Positions 1 to 13,894 of a stretch of 64,000 nt of DNA are shown here, piece by piece. The stretch is from positions 25,732,001 to 25,796,000 of the forward strand of contig NC_087436.1 of assembly GCF_036321535.1 (NCBI RefSeq), written 5' to 3'. Each line of letters begins with the position of its first letter. Position 1 is the first letter of the stretch. Position numbers and translations under genes: made by a program. Source of the DNA: Camelus dromedarius. Lineage: Eukaryota. The notes under the pieces were generated by a model. The model saw only the letters and a list, made by a program, of their open reading frames with translations, made no database searches and was not told the DNA's origin.

Positions 1-2591
1 CTGTTAATTGGTCTCCTGTTACAGAGACCAAGCTAGAACCTAGAAAGGTAGAAGGAAGAAGATATTTGTTCTCCCATACAATGTCTTACTGAAAAAAAGC
101 ACTGTTACTAAATATATATAGTAGAGTAAAAATTGTCTCTGTCTAACTCCATAGTTGAAGAAATTGAAGATTATATATAGTTATATTAATTACTGTATTT
201 TGAAATGATAAATCAACGGACAATAGTTCAAAGAGAATGAATAAAGTTATGTTTTGAATTAAAAAAAATTTTCTGTATCTTAACCTTTACTTATTTGTAT
301 ATTCTCATTTCTAGAAGCTCTCTGGGCAGTATGACTCAAAGCCAAGGTGGGATGCAATTTATTAACCATAATAGCTCTTTGAGTCTTAGATTACTAAAAA
401 GTGTTCCCAAAATTCTTGAGCAATTTACTGGTTGGAAAAGGGACATTTAGCTCTAAAGATCCTACCACTGAATATGAAAATCTAGACTTTATTGCTAACC
501 ATGCAAAGAAGAAAATGTCCTCTGGGTATTTGAATGATTTTATTTATCTAGCATTTATTCCCTTTGATTATGTATTTTTATAGCAGACTTTTTTAAAGGC
601 TTAACTTGAAAGGAAGGAACAAACATTTTCTCTTAAAAGGATATAATCCCTCGGGCAGGTATTTTTCTTCTTGAACACACAGCTAGGCATTTCCACAGTG
701 TACATTTGACATAGTTGTATGTCAAGTGCCTGAAATTTAAACACATTTTATCTAATAGGTAAAATCAGTTACACTAAAGGAATTTAAAAAATGAAGGTAC
801 TTTTGCATGATAAAAGTCCCATTAAGAGTTTGTGCAGGTTTTGTAAGCATGCATTTTCACCCTTAACTGAAGTTCTTATAGTGAGACTTAATTGAGGCTA
901 ATACAAAAAGGGCATTTCTCATTCCCTCCCCCCTTTTTTTCTAAAAGACTTACAGTTTTAAATATTGCTAACATCATTATACTCGAGCTGCTCCTTAATG
1001 GTGGTACTGCCTTGGTTTACGTGCTAGTGATTGGCTGGCTTACAACTAGGGCAAAAGAATACTGTTAGAAATCAAACATCTATTTCATTAATTGATTTTT
1101 AACAATAAGATGATCCTAGCTATATGCCTGATGCATGATTTTCATCACTGAAAAGAAATCAATGTTATATGTTTGAGTATGCATACTGTGGGATGAATAT
1201 GTACTTTCCAATTTCATCTTTAATGCACTGAAGCTAACCTGAACTCTGGATTAGCACTTTTGAGGTTTTAATTATTGAGAGATTTTTTTATGCCTACTAG
1301 CCCAAAATTATTTTTTCTCTTGGACATTGTGATATGAAACAGCTTCAGATAACTGAGCTTATTAATTCTCTTAGATTCCTCCAGCTTCAACCCAAGCAGC
1401 AGCCGTTCTGACTAACAACTTCCTCTCCACTCCCTCCTCCTCCCTGTGACTCTAAACTAGAGACAGACTTTTAAAGTATAAACCAATGCTTTGGGATAAA
1501 ATTTGTTTCTCAAATAAAACAAATGTTCTAGAAATGTTGGAAATGGTGGTTCATGACAAGGAGAATTGTTTTTCACTGGCTTATAGCTTTTAATGTGAAA
1601 ACTGAAGCAGAGCAATTGTGTTCTTCATAAAAAGACTTCTGACCTCTTTCCCATCCGGTCCCCAAGTATTCCTCATTCCAATAGTAATAGCATAAGGAAA
1701 TTTTTAAAAGACCCACATTTACAAGAATTTAGCTTCTGGCAAGTATCATTTTAAAGAATTCACTTCCTGGCTCATGGTTTACATGACCTGTCTGTCTTCT
1801 CTTGCTTTTTTCTTTCCCTCCACCCTTCCCCCTCTCCTCTTCATGACAAGCTGAGTTTTAACTATTGCATTCACGGCTGTTTCCTGCCTCTTTTGCTTTC
1901 TATTTTCAAATCCATGGGAATGGAATCTGCTCAGAACTATCAGACCGATATCCCCAACACCACCAATCTGCCTGCTACACCAGCCACTACTGAGGAGAGA
2001 AGTATTAGCATAATTATCTAATTCAGAAGTAAAAATGCCTCATAAACTATTAGTTATGAGTGAACTTCTATAATATGTCTTTTGGTATTTCTTGGTTTTT
2101 TTTAAGCTGTTATTTCAAAGAAAAAAATGATTTATATTAAGGTCTAATTTTCTTTTGGGGCACAAAATATACAGTCCTACTTTTAATTAAGGAATAACTT
2201 TATCTTATTATTTTTAATAGCAGTTTGTATTTCTTGTGTTTCATTATTTTTATAACCCTCAAAAAAATCCTCACTCAGAAGTCATATGCATAAAGAACCA
2301 AATTTCCATTATTTGTTCTATCAGGAAATGGGAAAATCAACTTTGAGGCAAAAATCAAGGGAGAAAATTAAGTTAGTGCAGTTAATCCTCAGTTTATAAA
2401 ATCAATGCATCCTCAAAACATTAAGAACAACACACAAGATAATTCTACTGGCAAAAATGGAAACGTTTCTCAGTTATTTTACTTTTAGGTAAATAGGATT
2501 TCTAAGTAATTTCTCCAGCTTGAGAAAATTTCCAATTAAAGATAAAATTACGTATCTTTCCCTTAAAAAAATTAATTCAAAAGGCAAAGAG

Positions 2592-2760
2592 AAGAGAAAT
2601 AAGTTTACACTGCATAGCACAGGGAACTATATTCAATATCTTGAGGTAACATGGTTAAAAAAAATGAATGAATATATGTATGTTCCTATATAATTGAAGT
2701 ATTGTGCTGTACACCAGAAATTGACACAAAATTGTAAGCTGACTATACTTCAATAAAAAT
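2592..2760 (+). mobile_element. 5'-truncated lineage-specific L1 3' end
   Basis: TAGCACAGGGAACTATATTCAATATCTTG...GTGCTGTACACCAGAAATTGACAC...TGACTATACTTCAATAAAA; homologous to 22606-22801 (minus) and 27281-27344. Confidence 0.85.
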
Positions 2761-2896
2761 ACTTTTTTAATTTTTCCAATAAAGGATAAAATTACATACT
2801 TTCCCTTTTAAAAAAATTAATTCAAAAGGCAAGGAGCAATGACAATTTAGCCTTGCAACTATATTCAGTATGCTTTTATATTATCTACACTAACTC

Positions 2897-2916
2897 TTTT
2901 TTTTTTTTTTTTTTTT
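2897..2916. repeat. Poly-T (20)
   Basis: Read directly from the sequence. Confidence 0.95.
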
Positions 2917-3215
2917 AGAGTTGAAAAACATCTGTTTCCAATAGGGTGGGAGAGAGTGCCATTAATTTTTTTTTTTAAGTGAAAGGAAGTTAACTCTTTG
3001 CTCATTCTAGTTTTGTTCATATGGTCATCCTCCTTTCTTGATCTGTCTTTCATTACCTATTTTCTTGTTTCTCTTTCTGCTACTGTGTGGCTATCTTAAT
3101 ATTTTTCTGTTCAAATTCCAGAGAAAGAACATATGACTCACTCAGCATCTTGCCATTTTTCCTATTAGGCACAGTTTTCTGTGTCAGACACAACCAGCCT
3201 TGCTGATCTATGTAC

Positions 3216-3237
3216 CTCTCTCTCTCTCTCTCTCTCT
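3216..3237. repeat. (CT)11 microsatellite
   Basis: Read directly from the sequence. Confidence 0.95.
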
Positions 3238-4479
3238 GGTAAAATTTTCACCAAAGCTGTTGCCCCAGAATCTTACCCTTGCCCCTCCCTTGAATGGAAA
3301 CTGATTACTCTAAGTTTCAGGAGGAAGCTCTAAAGAGAAATAACAAGAACTGGTTAGAATCAACTAGGCCAAAGATGGCAGAAGATTTGACTTCCAGTGG
3401 ACGCTGAGCCTCATTTATATGTTCCTTGTAAAACATTAGTATGTTGGATGACACACTCACCTGTGCCAAGATGGCTGACAGTTGCCATAACATCAATCAG
3501 AAAAGCCCATACAAGGACTGAAAAGGAGAGCTGCATCAGTTCTGAGTCCAAACCACATCCCTGTTCTCAGATAAGTCATGAATATTACTCCCACTCTTTC
3601 CAATTCCCTCTTTTTCAACTGGACCCTTCAAATCCGGTGTCTCCACCCAAATTGGGTTGAGAAGTTGATGTGTGAACTAGGTTCCTGCTTCTACAGAGAA
3701 TATTGTGTTTCTTCTTAACCACGAAAATAACCATTAAGAGGGCAATGAACTAAATAACCATAATAAGAATGATTTATAGCTGTAACAGTTGAGATTCTAC
3801 ATCAAAGTAATGATTAGCAATTACTGCCTATTTGAAGACTGTACTTAAATTTTGTTGAGTTTCAGATAAATATTTGGAAGTATCTTATTGGTAATATAAC
3901 GGGTCTTTTTTCTAAATCTTTTAGCCTTAAGTTTTTGTTACCTATTCTAAAAGAAAGAAACAGTGAGGTACCTTATCCAAAATACTTTGGTTTTTTATAT
4001 ATGAAATTGGTTGATCTTTTGTTAACTTACAGATCATGTTTTCTGATATGTTTTCCTTCCTTCCAAGTTTAAATTAAGCTGTGTTTCCCAAAAGTACAAA
4101 CATCCTCATTAGAAGAAATAAAGCCTGGTTATAATCTCAACTGAAAATCAATTATATATGGTAAAATGCTCACCATTAATATAGTCAATGAGACATTTAT
4201 ATCCATTAAGGTGAAAATGGGTTTGATGCTCCTACTTGACATAGGCTATTCTCTTAGACTGTGCTTCTTCAGAGTTGTAGATCTCTTTCAAAGATATTTC
4301 ATCATTCTACACAGTAGTTTGTATTATTAGGACTCATTTATGACTCATCTACAGGGTTGTACAGTTTTATTCATAAAATTTTTAGACAATGGGATAGTAC
4401 ATGTATGGTAATAGATAGTCTTTCTGATTTGTGAATTTAATATTTACAACCATCATGACAAGAGTCGGGTACAGCTTTT

Positions 4480-4590
4480 AGCATCATTTTACAGATAAAG
4501 AAATTTGCCCAAGATCACATAGCTGTTAAGTGGTACAGCCAGGATCTGACCTAGACACTTTACCTGTTGATACCTTGCACTTGACAACTA
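4480..4590 (-). mobile_element. MIR SINE fragment
   Basis: CATTTTACAGATAAAGAAA...TTGCCCAAGATCACATAGCTG is the MIR core in reverse. Confidence 0.75.
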
Positions 4591-6115
4591 TGTTATACTG
4601 TTTACCAGTTCCAATTGGTCATTCCACCATGTGAGCAAATTGCAACTGGTCTATTGACCTGAATAATTTTGCCTCCAATTTGGATACAGTCCTAATCTTT
4701 TTGAAATATTTCTGGTGAACAACTTATCAGTATGATTGATTGTATCTTTATTATAGAATTATTTTATTATTATTAATTATTTCCAGAAGTACTGAAAAAA
4801 ATCTATTACCCAAATAATCTCTTTATTTAGAAAAATAAGTTGGGCATTGCTCTTAACTTCCGACAATAGAGAAAAATAGATTAGAGTACTCAGAAATGAA
4901 CCCACAAGTGCAATTAAAAGAGAAAATAGATGGTTAATTGTGTTAATGCACATTCCTCTTTATAACCTGCAGATGATCACAAAGTAATTGAAGAAATAAA
5001 TTTTATCTCCCCAACTGATGAAATGTACTCACCACTATTTATTTGTTCCTCTTGCTGCAACTCTTAAGGTCTTTTTATTTATCTGACTATAGGGTTGGGA
5101 ACTGATGAGGAACTCCTCCAGCTAAATGGAAGGAAATATGTTTTCATAAATTCCACATTCTAATACTGAGTTTCATCATAAACTATGATGAAAAACAAAT
5201 AATAGTCACTATGCCAAATCTATGTATTTAAAATTATCAACTCTAATATTTGAAGACATGCTTGTCATTAGCATATAAATCAAGTTACCAGAAACATAAT
5301 TTAAATCCCCTAAGGAAGCATTTCAAAATGTGGTATGTGTTAGGTTCTTTCATTTCCCAAAAGGCAATTGGAAGAATGAGGGTTATAAAAAATGGTGTGC
5401 TTGGCAATTCTTTGAGTTTCACACCCCTAGAACCCATTTTTGCATTTAAACTGATCATTTACTGGCAGCAGATGGGTAATAGGATAAAAGTTTTCAATAT
5501 GGTGTGTTGGTCATATATATTTCCAGACACAACATGAGAGAGTACAACGCAGTGTTCTTAATGTGATTAACAAAGAGGCATGGAATCTGCTATCAATCTT
5601 CCTTGTTACTGTCATAGCACTTCCCAGGACTGTTGGAGAAACTTTACAATAGTTAAATGCATGTTACACATACAGATGGGGAAGTGCCTCAGGCACTCTG
5701 GCAAAATTTGCTAGGAGTCCATTTTTTGAATTTCTGCCTTCTGAGTCACCATTTCATCTGAGTTTGACATTTTCATCTCAGAAGTCCTCCAACTTAATGT
5801 TGACATGGCTGTCTCATTTCCTAAAGAATCTGCTGTGTATGAAATATTTTATCATCAACAATGCTTCACTGAGATTAACAATAAATTACAAGATGCAAGT
5901 TTATTTTAATCTATTAGGGGGCACATTTTTTCTCATCCTGTGGTCAAAGGAAATCCCTTCCTCAATTTCAATTTTTCTAATTGTAGAAAAAAAGAACAGG
6001 AATTATTTCTATAACAAGAGATTTTTGTGAACAATGTTCTAATTGATGTATTATTTCAGTAAAATGATGTGAACGAATCATATGAGCTACTATTTGCAGA
6101 CTCTTGGTTAATTTT

Positions 6116-6210
6116 AAAGACAATATAGGAGAACTATTCAAAGTAGTGCCTACGCTAATGGAAGGTTTGTTTGCTTACTGATTATTTTAACTCAGTCTTT
6201 ACAAAAAAGT
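6116..6210 (+). mobile_element. Probable CR1/L3-type LINE ORF2 relic
   Basis: Translates as KDNIGEL...(frameshift)...KVCLLTDYFNSVFTKK, resembling the CR1 ORF2 motif KENVGPL...EKAELLNxFFASVFT. Confidence 0.5.
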
Positions 6211-8485
6211 GCGTGGCTTTCATTCCCATAATCTCTTGGTGCAATCATGATTTTAAATGGCTAAGATTTCCTGAAGGGAGTCTTAGAATAATGTTGAATG
6301 AATTTTCTACACACGTCAACCATGGAGGCTTTTCCTTAGGCTTGCACTACTGCTAGACTAGGGTCCTATTTAATCCATCATAATTCCTACTTCCAATTTG
6401 CAAGACAAAGAAGATGAGATTAAGAATTCAGGTGGAGGGTCTGGTGATGAGAGACTCAAAATGAAAAAAAAAGTGAGTGAAAACCAATGTACATTTTTAG
6501 GTGAAATAGGGAAGCTGAAGGACATCATTTCATTTAACATTAATCATAAATACAGAGTAGGAGGATAGAATAATTTTAGGATGTGTATGGGAGTTTAGGC
6601 TAAAGTTATGGAGACTGGAGGACGTTTGAAAGAGAAAATACTGAAATTGGGAATCCCAGTTTTCTCAGCAGTGAAGCAGATCTACATGAGATTTGGTAGT
6701 CTGGATTTGTAGTGGATCCAATCAACCTCTTTGGTTAGCTTTCTCCAGCAGTGCTCAAGTATCAGGAGGTGGGTTGAGGGATTAAATGGCAGGTACAACA
6801 GGAAGTCAAGACCATGGAGATTCTGAAGTGAAGCAGAAGTATGGAAGGAGGTAAAGTCACTGGGATGCTGACTGACTGAGGACAATATTCAGCTTGTTGG
6901 AAAATGACAGAACTCAGAATAGTAAGCAGAGATCAGGGAAAGAAGTCCAGAAATCTTGATCTCAGAAAAGAGAGATTGGAATACTGATGATACCAAATGC
7001 GCTGCCTGTATCGCATAAATATTGTATCATTATCAAAATTCAGGCACTGCGAAATCAAGAAATTTACAAGGACAAGTCATGAAGCCACCATATATAAATA
7101 AGGTTGTATCTTTATTTTTAAATATTATACATATTTACGCAGTTTCAGACCTAATTATCAAGTACATGCTTGAATATTAATTTCATTCAAAGGATATTTT
7201 AAGGGCACACAAATTATTCTCAGATATCTATTTTCTCTCCAAGGCAGAAAAACAGCCTGATCTATTCCCTAACAGAGGAGAGAGTCTTTCCAAATTAGGA
7301 GACATTAGGCGTATGGAGATTACTTCTCATTTTACAAAGGAAGGGGCAAGTTCAGACATTTTGTATGCTTTTTGAAAATAATAAAATCACCCCTCCTATA
7401 AGTACAACTTTTTCATATCTTGTCACCTTCCAAAAAATGTTGGCTGTTATGTTTGCTTTTTATATTCATTAATAACCATTTGCAAAGTAATTCACTTTCT
7501 CTTCATCATTTTTTCTTCTTCTTTTTGCTCTGACACTTTAATCCTGCTGACATCTTTCAACACATAATGAAAAGCAGCTCAGCTCTTTCTTGGTTCCCTC
7601 ATTTCTGAGTACTATGGCAACGGATGCTAGTTGACTTAGTAAAACTTGAAAATGTCACATTGCTCTTCATTCTTTGATGAATGCACATTCATGAATACAG
7701 CTCAATGCAAAAGCAGTTAAAGGCAGTCTTAAAAAGCATCATAACCAAAGTCACCCTCAGATGATGTTTCCCAGGTGTTGTATTCAGAGCAAAACATGAA
7801 GCCATTCCTGGTACTGAAAATACAAGCTTTTTTGTTTCTGAGAATAATTAGCAATCACTTTTAGAAACACTTTTATGAAAAACAATGATTTCTGTAAATA
7901 AATCTTCATTCCAAATCACTGAATTCACTTAAAATGTATTATTTCTCCAAAAACTAATGAAATCCACTAGAAACATAAAATGAGGAAGAAACAAATGGAC
8001 AAATTATTTAACACACACATAAATTAGAACTTCAACCTAATTTCAGTGACATACAGAACACACATACAAATTTTAACTTACCTAATTTTAACAAGAAGTT
8101 GTAATACAAAAACATTTAAGAATGGTTTAGCATATAATGGCCAAATATTTGCTCATCAAGCAGGGACTGATTCTATATTTAATAAACTACTCCCAAAATG
8201 GTTATATAAAATTATAATAACAATAGTAATATCGGATATTTGTTATTTTAAAATTTAAATAGAAAATAATTCACTGCACTTATGCTTTGCCACTGCCTAT
8301 ATACATTGTCTGGTATTGCCATGATTTTTATTGATAATTCTATATTAAATCACATACAGAATCTCATATGCTTACAGGGTACTGTTAACAAATTATATTC
8401 ACCTACCATATTACTTCATTTCTTCATTTCCATTCCAGTTATCTCAGTATCTGTGCAATGTGTAAGTGGCATATTTTATTACTGA

Positions 8486-8604
8486 CATTTTACAGTTGAG
8501 GAAACCAAGATTCAAAAGCTTAACATTTTTGAAATCACAAAGTTATGAAGTGAGGAAACTAAAATGTTACCTAGGTCTCTGACTTTATACTCAGGGCTCT
8601 TTTC
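8486..8604 (-). mobile_element. MIR SINE fragment
   Basis: CATTTTACAGTTGAGGAAACCAAGATTCA...TCACA...CCTAGGTCTCTGACT. Confidence 0.65.
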
Positions 8605-9289
8605 TTGCCTTCTTACATCCTTCATGTACATGCCTTAATTAAATACATCTTCCCAACAGTCTACATTCCTTAGAAAAATTGAAGCTGTTAAATTTGAATT
8701 TTCTAAAACAGCCAATGACAAAGACAATCAGTAAATTCCAGCCATAGCGTTCTGTGACACATTTCTGTGCTATGCAACACAGAGACATCTTTGAAGTCCA
8801 TGAAATGGCCATATCTGAATGAAGCAGAAGCAAAGTAATGATAAACAGACCCCAGGGTTGCTCACAAGTATTAATTAATTAATATTTCATTATATAATAA
8901 AATGTACAATAAAGTTAAAGTTGGGGGAATGCTACATTTCTATATAAATAATTTGAATGTATCAAAGAGTGCCATTCTATTTAAAGCCAGCATTTAGCAT
9001 ACCTACAGTAATAGGGAGCTCAAAGAAAATTTCCTTCTGGTGATTCCCAGTGGTACAAGAACAGACAAAAAGCTTAGAGTGAGTCTATCACAGAAGCTAG
9101 AAACAGAGAAATTAGTGCAGTTTTAAAACACAATCATTCTCTGCAGGAAAAGTTCATAAATGAGGTTCATGGAAGTGAAGCTTAAAATAAACAGTTTGAG
9201 TTTCTAAAGGGGATGCATTTTGGCCACACAGCCACACAAGGGACCTACAGGGAAGCTCATTAAAAAGCAAGACAAGACCGACTCAAGAA

Positions 9290-9485
9290 GCAGTAAGAGT
9301 GAAGGGGTTAAGACTGTGAACTCTGAAATAAGACAGGTTGGGTTCAGAACTCAGCTTTGCCAATTTCTACCATGCAAACTTAGTAACACGTCTTCCCCTC
9401 TCATGTGCTAGCTCCCCCACATGTAAGACAGGAATGGTAACAGTAAGGGACATCATGGGGATGTTGTGGGAGATACGTGTGCTAA
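9290..9485 (+). mobile_element. MIR SINE fragment
   Basis: GGTTAAGACTGTGAACTCTG...GGGTTCAGAACTCAGCTTTGCCA...GATGTTGTGGGAG. Confidence 0.65.
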
Positions 9486-9739
9486 AAGAGTAAAAGCAAA
9501 CAGATCATTCACTTGGGCCCGATCCATAAAAATATTTTCAGGCTGTGTGACACTCTGGGACCTGTCAAATTAGAAGAGCAGCTGTCAGCAGTTGATATTC
9601 CTGATGTTTCCCTAGTAACTCCCCACCAGCCGGCAAAGTAACAGAGAAAAACCATCTCTTGTATTGCACTGAATGCATTTCAAAAGGTATACCACTATCA
9701 GAAAATATAAAAACAGATTTGAGCACACAGAACTAAATA

Positions 9740-10420
9740 CAAGTGTCTAAAATACTGCAATCAAGATTGAAAAACAAATAATACTGGAAAAGAGAATCTG
9801 AAACAAGACCCAGAAGTTTGAACATTCTTAGTATATAAAATACATAAGTCAGTTAAAATAAAAACAAATTCAAGATATGAATAGGTGCTTCATGAAATCT
9901 GGAATCGAAATAAGCAAAAAGAAAGAAAAATGTTTTCAACGTAACTGTGAACCAAAGGCAGACATTACAATTACTATAAAAAAACATTATTGATTATTAC
10001 AAATAGCAGAATTTTAAGACTAAGAACAAGTAGAAAGGGGAAACTTAAATGACCTTCAAAGCTTGTTGATAGGAATGTAGAACTGATACACACTTTCCAA
10101 GTATCACTAGGATAAAATAGGTCAAAAACCCAAAAATATATATACCATTTTACAAGGCACCCTATTGTTAAAATTTACAGTTAGAAAATTACCAGCTTTA
10201 CAATGTTCTTTAAACTGTTTATAGTTTGAAGAAAAAAATGGAAAGAAAATAAGAGCACTTTAAAAGAAAGGATTCATTAAATGCATTAAAAATAAATATT
10301 CATGCAATGAAATATGCTACCCTTTAAAATAATGATGTATATCTGGTTTTATGGCATGAAAATGCATGATTTGACATTCAATATACAAAGCAGGTTACAA
10401 AACTATGTAATATCTCATTA
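9740..10420 (+). mobile_element. Ancient L1 (L1ME-like) ORF2 end/3' UTR fragments
   Basis: TTGTTGATAGGAATGTAGAACTGATACA...ATTCATGCAATGAAATATGCTACC...ATGATGTATATCT. Confidence 0.55.
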
Positions 10421-13400
10421 TTCCTTAAAACACACAGAAAGAGAAATGAGAGATAAAGAAAGGCAAGAGAGAGGGAAAGAGTAAGAAAAAGAAAAAGAGA
10501 CAGAGAAGGCAGATATATGGACACCAGAATTAGAATGATTAGACACACATGATTTATGTTTGCTTCATTATACTTTGTTTGCAATAATTTTAATAGGATC
10601 ATATATTTAGTTGAAAATAAAAACATTTCCATTAAATATGGGTAAAAAATATTTTGTCAACAGCCTTCCTGGATAAACTAATGTTCTAGATTGGAAGATA
10701 GCAGCTCTGTTCCAAAGAATCTCAATATGGTAGCTGAAACGTAACAAAATAGTGTTCACCATCTTTCAGCAATGAGGCAGTGATCCTTTAAATCACAGTT
10801 TAAAACGGCTCATCTTTCTGGAATGTCATTTTCCTCAAGGATTTTGAGGATAAATGAAGCTTTGTGCTGTTAATATAGTGTTGTAATATAGGAGCATCTT
10901 GTCTCAAAAAATATGTATGCTTCTTGATTTTCCCAAAATGTTCATTAGCATGACTTAGAAAACAAATCAATGAGTGGGTTCTCATCTTTGAAAAATTCGT
11001 ATTTAGAAATATTGATAATGAAAACAGAAGTCATTTTAAATACCTGCTTTTTCATGTGCATGCAGGCTTGCTTAGGTAAATATATATTGGTAGGCCAAAT
11101 TATTAAGTACATTTGAATGATCAGTTTTTCTCATGAGGAGATAATTAGAGACAAAACTACAGATACGTTTTTAAAATGCTGGCTTAACATAAATGCAATC
11201 ATTTTAATGGAAGAGAGGCTCAAGAAATTATAACATTTTGTGGATTTTATTTTCAGGACTAAGTAATTTTTGCAAGTAGCAGCTAACTGCAGAAAATTAA
11301 GTGAGAGACAAAGAAAGCTGATTCTGGGCAGATGAATTATTTGAGAGGCTTAATTCATTTACATATTTAGAAAATATACAATTATTAGTCATCTTTATCC
11401 ACAGAGAAAGTGTTGTGGCAAGTATTTCCCTGAAATTAAATAAACAGACTGACCAGTGGATCAGAGAGTATTTTTTTGTGTTGTATAAACCAATCACTTT
11501 TCAGCATACTAGTTCCTCTGAATAACTCTTCCACTTCAAAACCAGTTTTGTTAGTTTTTAGCCACTTTGAAAGCTACTATAAATATATTAGTATGCAAAT
11601 GATATACTAACATTGACGTTGGAATCTAATATTTTAAGATCCTGCTTGAATCATATTTTTGTCATTAAAATCAGCTGTGGATATTCTCCATGACTCACAA
11701 TTGTCTCTCACCAAGGTGACATTCATGAGGTATTTGTTGGGTGGTTTGGTAAGTATGGACTCAATAAATAAACTACTCTCACCCACCCTACCTACCAACA
11801 TCATCCCGCTGGCCAGCTTTGCTCCCCAACCTGCAGCTATCAGTAGCAGTTAGAAGACCTGATTTGCCCCAGCTTTCAAACTTTTCCAACATGGAATTTG
11901 AGTAAGTTGGTCCCTTTTACTTGTCAGGATGTTATATAACTAACTGATAATCAGGAATAATATTAAATTGTTTCTGTCAACCTGAGGATTAATATGAGGG
12001 TCTTTCGATAGAGTATTTTTTGTTCTCTGACATCTTATTCTTTCCTATCTGACAGTAAGTCCAGCAAGCCAAGTCAGTAAGTGTAAGCCCTAAGCCATTC
12101 TTGCAAATATAAGATACTACTCTCTCATACCTTTTTATTTTTTGCCTTTTCCTAGATTTATCACTTCTCTACCACTTGACTTTAAAATCAAAAGATCTAA
12201 CAATCTGCGAGACTTCAGGCAAGTCATTTAATGATGTTAGGTATCTTTATCAGCAAAAGAGGATTAAGGATGGCCAGATTACAGAGTTCTTAGGAGAATT
12301 AAGTTGAAAAAACGTACCTGAAAATACTTTATAAATTGTAAACATCACATAAGTTGGCGATACCATGTGTTTCCTACCTTTGCAGTTTCTTTTCGTTCCA
12401 CAATATACGCATTATTTTTATAGGTTTTTACACTTCTGTTGTGTGACACCTGTATATTGAAACTATTCAACATTTTACTCATGTATGAGACTGTGGACAG
12501 GAGATGACATTGCATTCAGAAGTCCTGAATAGAATAATGCCAGTGTGGCCATTTCTGATTTTTCACTTTAACAAGTTGCTTATTGAGAAGAATGATTTCA
12601 CATGAAAAATGGCTGGACTTTTATCAGTTATACTTCCACAAAGAATATTTAAAAAGCAGTCCTTTAAAAAATTATGTGGGTTATTTATAACTTCTCCTAT
12701 TTCTTTCGTCTTAATGGCTATACAATATATGATATTTTATAGCCTCTAATTTCCATTATCAGTCTGCAAGTCTGCATTTCTTTCTTTGTTGACTCATATA
12801 TTTGCAAATTATTTATTCATCCCAAGATACATTCATGCAGTTGAAATAAAAGAATAATGTCAAGGCTGAGCAGGAGTAAAAGTGACTCAGTAAAAGGCAC
12901 ATAAATCTTTTTCTCCTTTTTCTCTCCATGTCTCAAATTAGACTAGTACCAAAGTTTTAGAATATTTTTTTTAAATACTGAAAGCTGATTTCTGTGAATA
13001 AAGGGTCCACTTTCTTGTCTACCTTGCTAATGCTAATTCCACTTCATTCTCTATCCAGGGAATGTTCAGTCGTGTTGTAAATACATGTATTTCACCATTT
13101 TTTCAGATTTCCCATAGAAGACAGGATTTTTTCCATTCGGATTTTTGTTTTTATAAATTTAGTATTTCACATGGATCTCTTTATTTTCAAGAATACTGTT
13201 TCTATAAACTTCCTTACCCTTTATCTTGTTTGTTTCTTCCTAGACTGGTTTCATTTGATTATTTTAACTTACTATCTATGCTATTGAAGGTCACCGTCCT
13301 TGAACTTATTTCCTTGAGAACTTTCCAGTTTCACATACTGTGTTTATAAGGCTATAATTGACTTTTTAAAAATTATCTAATAATCTCTCTGTAACACTTA

Positions 13401-13894
13401 GTTACAGAATGTCCTTGGATGTTTCTGTGCATAAGGTATTCTTTGGCAGTAAGAATATGTCAACACACTGACATTGAACTGACTCTGGAACACAAATGAA
13501 TTAGTCTAACTTGCTGTTTATTGTCTTCATAAAAGATAGCTATATATTTGCTATCAAAACTACTAACTGGTATTTGACTATTCTTAGTATTGAGATGACC
13601 TTTCTGCATGAAGCTAGTAAGATTTTCCCATTGCACATGCAGTCTAACTGTTAACATATGCATGCCTAAATCAAGTCCATTTTCTAATTTGTAACAAACT
13701 ACCAACATGGAGGTAAGCAGAGCAAAGTAAAAATACATAATTTTAGGATGCCAGATAACTTAATAAACACTAAGGTATACAAATGAAAATCATAAACTTT
13801 CTTGTGGTAATCACAAAAATTAAGGCCTGCAAGATTGTTGATTTCACATGGATTCTAAATGTAGCAAATGTTGTAGGACAGCACAAAGAAGGTC

